A DNA stretch of 64,000 bases. It comes from Dehalococcoidia bacterium (GTDB taxonomy: Bacteria > Chloroflexota > Dehalococcoidia > UBA2979). A program made the translations under genes and the position numbers. Shown here in pieces: positions 50,725 through 58,530 of this stretch (its first letter is position 1; each line of letters starts with the position of its first letter). The stretch covers positions 1,536,001 to 1,600,000 of the forward strand of contig OZ253555.1 in assembly GCA_965262725.1 (NCBI GenBank), given 5' to 3'. The notes under the pieces are model-generated. The model was not told where the DNA came from. It searched no databases and worked only from the letters and a program-made list of their open reading frames with translations.

Positions 50725-50946
50725 TCAGGGGGTGTGCTGTCGGGCGGGGTCCTCGACTCGTGGTGACTGTTCCCGGCGGACCGCGCGCGTCGGCGCGCCC
50801 GCCTCTGGCGGCGAGCGGGTGACCGACCACTTGATGCGACCGTTGGCACTGAAGCCGACCGTGAGACGGTCGGCCCGGGTGGCGAGGGCGATGGCGACGG
50901 CGGTGCCCACCGCCGCACCGAGTAGCAGAGCCGGGAGGCATCGCAT
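50725..50946 (-). CDS. Small single-TM hypothetical protein
   Basis: MRCLPALLLGAAVGTAVAIALAT. Confidence 0.4.
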   Translation of the reverse strand: MRCLPALLLGAAVGTAVAIALATRADRLTVGFSANGRIKWSVTRSPPEAGAPTRAVRREQSPRVEDPARQHTP

Positions 50947-51147
50947 CGCGTGATCGCTCTCTCTGCGGGCGCCGGGGAGCGCCCTCGCGATCGTAGCAGC
51001 CCGGAGACGGCTGGGAGCACGCGCCGGGCGCGATCGCTCCTTGAGGGCGCCCGGCGCCGATGCTAGGCTCAGACGCACCGAGGCCCGACCCGCGCCCCTC
51101 CGTGGCGGGGGCGCATCCGGCGGAGGCCGAGTGACCGACGCTTCGAC

Positions 51148-52518
51148 GTGGCCCCCAGCGTGAAGGCCGATCTGGACATCCTCACCTCGCTCGCGAAGCG
51201 GCGCGGCTTCGCCTATCCCTCGGCGGAGATCTACGGCGGCTTCCAATCCACCTGGGACTACGGCCCGCTGGGCGTCGAGATGAAGCGTCAGATCCGGGAA
51301 CTCTGGTGGCGCTGGATGGTGCAGTCCCGCGATGATGTCGTCGGCATCGAGGCGGCGGTGATCACCAACCCCGCCGTGTGGCGCGCGTCCGGCCACGTCG
51401 ACCACTTCACGGATCCGCTGGTCGACTGCCTCGAGTGTCGCGCCCGCACGCGCGCCGACCACATCGAGGACGGCGCGTGCCCCTCCTGCGGCGCGGTGGG
51501 GCGCTTCACGGAGGAGCGGAGCTTCAACTTGCTCTTCCGCACCTACGTGGGGCCGGTGGAGGAGGCGTCGTCCATCGCCTACCTGCGCCCGGAGACGGCG
51601 CAGGGGATGTTCGTCAACTTCGACAACGTGCTGACGTCCACCCGGCGCCGGCTGCCGCTGGGGATCGCGCAGATCGGCCGGTCCTACCGCAACGAGATCA
51701 CGCCGGGACAGTTCATCTTCCGTACGCGCGAGTTCGAGCAGATGGAGATGGAGTTCTTCTGCGATCCCTCGGAGTCACTCGGGTGGCACCAGTACTGGAA
51801 AGAGGAGCGGCTGCGCTGGTACCGGGAGGCGCTCGGCGTGCCCGGCGAGTGCCTCCGCCTCCGCGACCACGAGTCCGCGGAGCTGGCGCACTACTCCGAG
51901 GCGACGGCGGATGTCGAGTTCCTCTTCCCGTGGGGATGGGGTGAGCTCGAGGGGATCGCGCACCGCGGCGACTACGATCTTCGCGCGCACGCCGACGCCT
52001 CCGGCAGGCAGTTGAGCTACTTCGACCCCGAGCGCGAGGCTCACGTCGTGCCCCACGTCGTCGAGCCCGCCGTCGGCGTCGACCGCATCCTCATCGCCCT
52101 GCTCTTCGCTGCCTACGACGAGGAGATGGACGACCGCGGGGAGAGGCGCGTCCTGCTGCGCCTCACGCCGGACGTGGCCCCGGTCGAGGTGGCGGTGCTG
52201 CCGCTCTCCCGCAACGAGCGGCTCGTCCCGACCGCACGGGCGGTGTGGGAGAGGCTCCGGCCGCACTTCCGCACGCAGTACGACGACGCGCAGTCGATCG
52301 GGCGGCGCTACCGAAGACAGGACGAGATCGGCACCCCGCAGTGCGTCACCGTCGACTTCGATTCCCTCGACGACGACGCCGTTACCATCCGCGACCGCGA
52401 CACGATGCAGCAGATCCGCGTGCCCGTCGCTGGCCTCGTCGCGGCCCTCCGCGAGCGCATCGAGGCATCGCGGCCACGTCCGGGGCAGCCGCCCAAGCCG
52501 CCCGCTCGGGAACGGTGA
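51148..52518 (+). CDS. glyQS: Glycine--tRNA ligase (homodimeric alpha2 type)
   Basis: KRRGF....EIYGG, YLRPETAQG, RNEITP..FIFR.REFEQ.E and IGRRYRRQDEIGTP. Confidence 0.96.
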   Translation: MAPSVKADLDILTSLAKRRGFAYPSAEIYGGFQSTWDYGPLGVEMKRQIRELWWRWMVQSRDDVVGIEAAVITNPAVWRASGHVDHFTDPLVDCLECRARTRADHIEDGACPSCGAVGRFTEERSFNLLFRTYVGPVEEASSIAYLRPETAQGMFVNFDNVLTSTRRRLPLGIAQIGRSYRNEITPGQFIFRTREFEQMEMEFFCDPSESLGWHQYWKEERLRWYREALGVPGECLRLRDHESAELAHYSEATADVEFLFPWGWGELEGIAHRGDYDLRAHADASGRQLSYFDPEREAHVVPHVVEPAVGVDRILIALLFAAYDEEMDDRGERRVLLRLTPDVAPVEVAVLPLSRNERLVPTARAVWERLRPHFRTQYDDAQSIGRRYRRQDEIGTPQCVTVDFDSLDDDAVTIRDRDTMQQIRVPVAGLVAALRERIEASRPRPGQPPKPPARER

Positions 52519-53369
52519 GGGGCGGCGAGGTGCGGACGGTCGCTCCCTGGCTCCCGCGAGGCGGGCGGCGCCCGTTCCGGCTGCTGCACACCTCGGACGT
52601 GCACCTGGGGGCGTACGACCGCGGCAGCGGCCGCGATTCTGCCGTGCACCGCCTCGCCGTGGAGGCGAACCTGCGCGCGGTGATCGACGTCGGGCTCAGG
52701 GAGCGGGCCGACCTGGTCGTGATCGCGGGCGACTTCTTCGACAACGCCCGCGTGAACGAGGAGACGCTTCGGTTCGCGGCCGAACAGATCGCGCGCGCCG
52801 ACGTTCCGGTGGTGATCGGCCCGGGCAACCACGACCACGTGGGGGACAATTCCGTCTACGACCGGCTCGACCTCACGGCGATCGCCCAGAACCTCGTCAT
52901 CCAGCGCTTCGAGGAGGGCGAGACCACCGCGATCGAGGAGCTCGACGTCGAGGTCTGGGGCCGGGCGCACACCGAGCGCAGCTCCGACTTCCTCCCGCTC
53001 GCCGACCCGCCGCCGCGCGGCGACGCGGGGTGGCAGATCGCGGTCGGGCACGGGCACTTCATCCACCCCCGAGCGGTGCTGCGCCACTCCTTCCACATCC
53101 TCGACGAGGAGCTCGCCGAGTCCCGGCGCGACTACGTGGCGCTCGGGCACTGGGAGCAGCTCACGCGCGTCGCGGCGGGTCTGCACACGACGGCGGCCTA
53201 CTCCGGCGCCCCGCAGAGCCTGGCGGTGGGCTCCGGCCTCGGCGGCCGCGTGCTGCTGGTCGACTTCGCGGCGGAGGGAGACGTTCGCCTCACGGCGCAC
53301 TCCATCGAGGGCGCGGAGCCGCTCCGCCACGACGACATCCCACTGCTCGCCGGCGCTTCCAACCGCTAG
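52515..53369 (+). CDS. Metallophosphoesterase (SbcD/Mre11-like)
   Basis: HTSDVHLG, AGD.FD, GNHD, HG, YVALGH and YSG.P. Confidence 0.88.
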   Translation: MRGGEVRTVAPWLPRGGRRPFRLLHTSDVHLGAYDRGSGRDSAVHRLAVEANLRAVIDVGLRERADLVVIAGDFFDNARVNEETLRFAAEQIARADVPVVIGPGNHDHVGDNSVYDRLDLTAIAQNLVIQRFEEGETTAIEELDVEVWGRAHTERSSDFLPLADPPPRGDAGWQIAVGHGHFIHPRAVLRHSFHILDEELAESRRDYVALGHWEQLTRVAAGLHTTAAYSGAPQSLAVGSGLGGRVLLVDFAAEGDVRLTAHSIEGAEPLRHDDIPLLAGASNR

Positions 53370-55279
53370 GAGCCTGGTGTTTTTGTGGGGCGGTGGGTGC
53401 CTTCTGGAGGCGGGGCATCGTTGCGAGCAGTCACGGAATGCGATCATGTTGGTGATCAGTTCTGTTCGCAGCGAAAGTCTCGCTCATGACACAGGGAGAG
53501 ACCTCCAGGCAGCCCCTTACCTTCTTCAAGAGCACCGCCTACCTCGCTGAGAGGGTCCCCGGGAACTCCATCTGGACCCTCCTTGCCCGCCACGGCGAGC
53601 GCCTCTTCCCCGACGAGATGTTCGCCGACCTCTTCTCCGCTCGCGGCCGCGGGAGCGTTCCGCCACGGGTCGTCGCCACGGTCATGGTGCTGCAGCGTCT
53701 CCACGGCCTGTCCGACCGCGAGGCGGTGGCTGCCTTCGAGTGGGACGCCCGCTGGAAGTTCGCCTGCGGCGGACTCGACTACGACGCGCCGGGCTTCGTG
53801 CACACGGTCCTGGTCTCGATGCGGGCTCGCCTCGCCCGCTCCGAGCGCCCCCGGCGCATCTTCGAGGCCACGCTCGCGGTGGCGCGCGAGGCGAAGCTGC
53901 TCTCTGCTCAGCGTGTGCTGGACTCCACGCCGCTCTACGACGCCGTCGCCACGCAGGACACGGTGACGTTGCTCCGCTCGTCGCTCCGCGGGCTGCTGCG
54001 GGAGGCGGAGAGCCTCGATGCGCCCGGACTCGGGGCCGAGCTGCGGGCGGTGCTGGAGCGCGATGACGACTACCGGGCCGCTGGGAAGCCTCCGTGCGAC
54101 TGGGAGGACCGCGAGGCCGCGCGGGCGCTCATCGACGAGCTGGCGGCCGATGTATCGCGCTGCCTGCGGGTGCTGGAGGGCCGGGAGCTCGACGGGCACG
54201 TCGAGCGGGCGGGCGAGCTCTGTGCGGCCGTGGTGGGGCAGGACCTCGAGCAGGACGACGGCGGGCGCTTCGTGATTGCGCGGCGGGTAGCGAGGGACCG
54301 CATCATCTCGACCGTGGACACCGACGCCCGCCACGGACGCAAGAGCTCCGCGCACGGCTTCGACGGCTACAAGGGCCATCTGGCGGTCGACCCGGAGTCG
54401 GAGCTCATCACCCACACGACGGTGACCGCGGGCAACGTGGCGGACGGGGAGGTTGCGGAGGAGTTGATCACGGACCTGCTGGAGGACGCAGGGGCACACG
54501 ACTTAGCCGCCGACGCGGCTGCGGAGGCGAGCACCGGGACACCGACGGTCTACGGCGATTCGGCCTACGGCTCGGGCGCGTTCCAGGAGGTGCTGGAGCA
54601 GCACGGGGTCGAGTCCCGCTGCCGCACTCAGAGAGCGACCGCGCCGCATCAGCACTTCAGCAAGGAGCGATTCACCATCGACCTGGAGAGGGGCACCGTG
54701 ACCTGCCCCGCGGAGGTGACGGTGCCGATTCGCCGCGCCTCCGACGGCTCGGGAACCGCCTGCTTCCGGGGCGCCTGCAGCCCCTGTCCGCTTCGCGCGC
54801 AGTGCACCACATCGCGCGGGGGACGCACCGTCGCGGTGGGCGTCCACGAGGCCAGTCTCGCGGCCGCCCGGGCACGCCAGGAGACTCCCGGGTGGCTATC
54901 CGGCTACCGCGCGGTCCGCTCGCGAGTCGAACGCAAGGTGGCGCATACGACCCGTCGCAGACACGGGGGCCGCGTCGCCCGTGTCCGGGGCCGTCTCAAG
55001 GTCGACGCCGACCACAATCTGCTCGCCGCCTCCGTCAACCTGGCGCGGTTGGCGGTCCTGGGCCTGCATCACACACCAACCCGGTGGGCGGTCACAGCGC
55101 CCTCGTAGGGGAGACGGAGGCGGGGGCGACTGCGGGAGAGCCTGCGTCCGGGGGTCCCCGGGTCGATGCCGGCCCCGCTCACTCCCCAGCGGCGCAACTC
55201 CCGACCCGCGCCCACCCGACGCTACACTTCCCTCTCACACCGACTGCGGCCGCCGTGACTCGAGTTTGGCACCAGCGTC
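53370..55279 (+). mobile_element. IS1182-family insertion sequence
   Basis: Imperfect terminal IRs GAGCCTGGTG / CACCAGCGTC (8/10), flanked by CTAG direct repeats at 53366-69 and 55280-83. Confidence 0.85.
53486..55108 (+). CDS. IS1182-family transposase
   Basis: DUF772-like N-terminus (GR.S.PP...LQ...GLSDREA), LDST, D.DARHG.K, GYK.H, D..YG, Cys cluster CP...C..CPLR..C and R..VE. Confidence 0.9.
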   Translation: MTQGETSRQPLTFFKSTAYLAERVPGNSIWTLLARHGERLFPDEMFADLFSARGRGSVPPRVVATVMVLQRLHGLSDREAVAAFEWDARWKFACGGLDYDAPGFVHTVLVSMRARLARSERPRRIFEATLAVAREAKLLSAQRVLDSTPLYDAVATQDTVTLLRSSLRGLLREAESLDAPGLGAELRAVLERDDDYRAAGKPPCDWEDREAARALIDELAADVSRCLRVLEGRELDGHVERAGELCAAVVGQDLEQDDGGRFVIARRVARDRIISTVDTDARHGRKSSAHGFDGYKGHLAVDPESELITHTTVTAGNVADGEVAEELITDLLEDAGAHDLAADAAAEASTGTPTVYGDSAYGSGAFQEVLEQHGVESRCRTQRATAPHQHFSKERFTIDLERGTVTCPAEVTVPIRRASDGSGTACFRGACSPCPLRAQCTTSRGGRTVAVGVHEASLAAARARQETPGWLSGYRAVRSRVERKVAHTTRRRHGGRVARVRGRLKVDADHNLLAASVNLARLAVLGLHHTPTRWAVTAPS

Positions 55280-55610
55280 CTAGTGTCCTGAATTGGAAAT
55301 GCGATTGAGATATCCGGTGAGGTTGGTGTGTCCCGAAGTCGAAGGGCGGGTGACGTGATGACGTAACCGGTCTGGAGACATGCTCGTCGTTGCCAGCCGG
55401 TGCGAGTCCGGCACGGGTAACTGTCAGGAGGCCCGTTAGCAGGTCGGCGGCGCGGACGGGAAACGGTCCACGTCGAAGCCCGACGTCAAGAGCCCTATCA
55501 GGGGGAGCAACCAAGCGGTCCGCAGCATCAAGCGAAGCCTGCCTGGGAATGATGCTTACATCTGGCCCCACTTTGATCCTCTGATCTGGCCCCACCCCCG
55601 GGGACCGGGA

Positions 55611-56393
55611 TCAGGTCGTTGGGGCACCTCCTCTCGGGGAGGTCGAGGCCCGGAGCCGGTAGGACTCGGTGCCGGTCTCGATGATATGGGCACGGTAGGT
55701 GAGGCGGTCAACGACGGCCGCGGCGAGACGAGGGTCGGTGAAGATGCGGCCCCACTCGGAGAACGGGGAGTTGGAGGCGACGGCGACCGATGCCCGTTCC
55801 TCGCGCTCGGTCAGGATCTGGAACAGCATTTCGGCACCGCGCGGGTCGAGGTGGACGTACCCGAACTCATCCAGGCAGAGCAGGTCGAGGCGGCCGTAGC
55901 GGGCGACGAGGCGTGAGAGCGCGCGATCATCCGACGCTTCGGCCAGTTCATTCACCAGGGCGGCCGTGGTCATGTACCGCACGCGCAGCCCCAGGTGGCA
56001 GGCGGCCATGCCGAGGCCGATGAGCAGGTGTGACTTCCCGGTGCCGCTGTCACCGAGCAGGACGACGGGCTCGCCCCTTTCGACCCAGTCGCAGCGCTCC
56101 AGCGTGGCGAGCGCCGGCGCGTCGACTGTCGGCGCCGCCTCGAGGTCGAAGTCGGCGAGGTACTTGAAACGCGGGAACCGCGCCTCGACGATACGGCGCT
56201 GACGGCGCCGCTCCTCACGGTCATCGCGTTCGGCTCCCAGCACTTCGGCGAGATAGCCCAGATGGGTGATCCGGTCTCGGACCGCGGCTTCGGCGAGCGG
56301 GAGCGCCTGCTTCCTGACGGTGGGGAGACGGAGCTCGCGGCAGATCGCCTCGATTGTCAGCTCCGCGGCCTGGTCGGTGAGGGGTGCTGTCAT
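55611..56393 (-). CDS. istB: IS21 helper ATPase IstB
   Basis: LRLP, ARFP, GDSGTGKSHL, LDEFGY, SN.PFSEW and DRL. Confidence 0.95.
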   Translation of the reverse strand: MTAPLTDQAAELTIEAICRELRLPTVRKQALPLAEAAVRDRITHLGYLAEVLGAERDDREERRRQRRIVEARFPRFKYLADFDLEAAPTVDAPALATLERCDWVERGEPVVLLGDSGTGKSHLLIGLGMAACHLGLRVRYMTTAALVNELAEASDDRALSRLVARYGRLDLLCLDEFGYVHLDPRGAEMLFQILTEREERASVAVASNSPFSEWGRIFTDPRLAAAVVDRLTYRAHIIETGTESYRLRASTSPRGGAPTT

Positions 56394-56409
56394 CGGGTGC
56401 CTCCTGTGG

Positions 56410-58044
56410 TCAGCGTGCCGTCGACACCGCAGCGGTGACGGCGGTTGTGGTGGTGTGCGACGCGTTCTCGGCAGACCGCGGAGCGCGGGAGCGCCCGCCC
56501 GGCGACGTGCCGGGCCATCGGGAATCACCCGAGAGCAGCGCATCGTAGCCATCGAGGAGCGGGGCAGGTCGGTCGTAGCGCTCCAGGTGCGGTCTCTCGA
56601 CGGCGGCGTCTGGTGGCCTGCGGTCGGCGAGACGGCGCGCCTCGATGGCGACCAGTTCGGGGTTCACCGACTGGATCCTGTTGACCGTCCCGAGCGCGGC
56701 GTGCACCGCCGTGAAGGGAAGATGGCGATGCAGGAGCAGGACCTCGATGTACGCCTGCGTGCCCGCGCGGTCGCCGAGCTTGCGGCGGGCGCGGTCCCAG
56801 AAGCGCTGATGCTCGGCTGTGACGTGTCCCTTCGCACGCGCCTGCTGGAGCGCCACCGAGCCCGGGACCGCCCCGGGCTTGCGCGCGAGCACCTCCAGAT
56901 AGTGGTCGAGCAGCAGGACCTCTGCTCCGGTGCGGGCGCTGCGCTCGTGGTGGGCGACTTCACGCCCCTCGGCCCACACGGTCAGGCTGTTCCCGGACAG
57001 CCGCACGTCCAGCTTCCGGCCTGCATAGGCCGCCGGGACCGAGTAGCGGGAGCTACGCACGGCGATGCGCGCCTTGCGGTCGACCTTCGCGCGCAGCGGG
57101 ATTGACGGGTCGAAGCGCTCCGCCGGAAGCGGACGCAGCGAGGCCTTCTCGTTCTCTCCCATCTCGCCGACGGTGGCGAGGCGGCTCTCGATGTGCCGGG
57201 CGTCGTCGGTGCGGTCCGCCTCCCGCACTCGTTCGTTCAGCTCGCCGAGGGTCGCCACCTTCGGGACCGGCACGAAGTGCCGCCGGCGGAAGCGGCCGAC
57301 CTCGCCCTCCACACCGCCCTTCTCGTGCGCGCCCTCGATGCCGGGCTCACAGAAGAAGCTGTCGAAGCCGTAATGCGAGCGGAGCGCGATGAAGCGCTCG
57401 GTCTGCAGGCGCTCGCGTCCCTGCAGCACGGTGGTGACGGCCGCCGTCAGATTGTCGTAGCGGATGCGCCGCGGCACTCCGCCGAGCCGCTCGAAGGCGA
57501 CCACGTGCCCCTCGAGCAGAGACTCCTGGCCCTCGCCGACGAAGCAGACGTGCGCCGCCCGCCCCGAATGCGAGAGCCGCATCACGAACATCGCCAGCCG
57601 GGTCTCGACGCCCTCCAGCCACACCGTCACCGTGCCGAAGTCGACCTCCGCCTCCTCGCCGGGAGGATGGACCTGCGGGATCGTCACAACCGCGCGCCCG
57701 CCCTGGATCTCGCGACGCAGGCGCGCGACGCAGGCGCGGACCGTGGGCTCGGCCACCGTCGCCCCGTGTTCGTCGACGAGGCGCTCCCAGATGCGCCGGG
57801 CCGTGTGCCGCTGCTTGCGCGGCGCGCTGAGGTCGTCCACGAGCCAGCCCCGGATGACCGAGACGTACGGCCCGAGCTTCGGGGCCACGCGGGTCGCCTG
57901 CTTGCGTTCCGGGGGTATCGCCGACCCAAGAGCCTGCCGCACCGTGCGCCGGTGCACGCCATGCCGGCGTCCCAGCTCATGGATCGACAGCTCCTCCTCC
58001 CTCGCCATCCGTCGGATAGACTCGAACAGCTCCACTCTCGACAC
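56410..58044 (-). CDS. istA: IS21 transposase IstA
   Basis: HTH (HRRTVR.AL), PRKQRHTA.RI, EVDFG, YDN, KG.VEG.V and YSVP. Confidence 0.95.
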   Translation of the reverse strand: MSRVELFESIRRMAREEELSIHELGRRHGVHRRTVRQALGSAIPPERKQATRVAPKLGPYVSVIRGWLVDDLSAPRKQRHTARRIWERLVDEHGATVAEPTVRACVARLRREIQGGRAVVTIPQVHPPGEEAEVDFGTVTVWLEGVETRLAMFVMRLSHSGRAAHVCFVGEGQESLLEGHVVAFERLGGVPRRIRYDNLTAAVTTVLQGRERLQTERFIALRSHYGFDSFFCEPGIEGAHEKGGVEGEVGRFRRRHFVPVPKVATLGELNERVREADRTDDARHIESRLATVGEMGENEKASLRPLPAERFDPSIPLRAKVDRKARIAVRSSRYSVPAAYAGRKLDVRLSGNSLTVWAEGREVAHHERSARTGAEVLLLDHYLEVLARKPGAVPGSVALQQARAKGHVTAEHQRFWDRARRKLGDRAGTQAYIEVLLLHRHLPFTAVHAALGTVNRIQSVNPELVAIEARRLADRRPPDAAVERPHLERYDRPAPLLDGYDALLSGDSRWPGTSPGGRSRAPRSAENASHTTTTAVTAAVSTAR

Positions 58045-58530
58045 ACTCCTCTTCCCTCGCTCCGGGAGTCATGCAGTCACCCGAGCGTAGGTCCTGGATG
58101 GGTCGGGGGTGGGGCCAATTCAAAGGATCAAAACGGCTCCAGGTGGGGCCAATTCAGAGCATCATTCCCACCTGCCGCGTCGTTAACGGATAGTGGAGGA
58201 GCCGAGCCCGGCAATTCAGGGCGAAGGCCATGGACGAGGTGAAGATCCTGAATGCGCGTTGCGCTGCAGCCTCAAGGAACCTCCCGGCGTAAGGGGCGTG
58301 GAACGTTTGGAAGGTAGCGACGGGAACGGGAGAAGCCCTCCCCGGCCCGGCACCCTGCGAGATGGTGTCGGAGCGAGGTGCCCTATAACCGGTCAAAGCC
58401 GGGAAGTGGGCAGCTAGCCGGAAGGGTGACGGAGGGGGTCGTAGTACCGCTTGAGCCGGACGGACAACACAACCGCCGGTGATGGGAAGGACCCCTGCTT
58501 TGCTCACGCGTGGGGAGTAGGGATGAATCG

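Larger units (their letters stand above)
55544..58170 (-). mobile_element. IS21-family element inserted in intron domain I
   Basis: Perfect 13-bp IR TGGGAATGATGCT / AGCATCATTCCCA with TG...CA ends. Subterminal TGGCCCCAC repeats occur twice at each end. The 6-bp target duplication CCTGCC lies at 55538-43 and 58171-76. Confidence 0.95.

Noticed and set aside
55563-58151. TGGCCCCAC repeats as CRISPR or iteron repeats
   Set aside because: They are the subterminal transposase-binding repeats at both IS21 ends. There are no spacers or cas genes.
58455-58480. ACAACACAA loop as EBS1 of the outer intron
   Set aside because: It is nearly identical in the inner intron despite a different target, and it lies in the domain III-like region just before the ORF.
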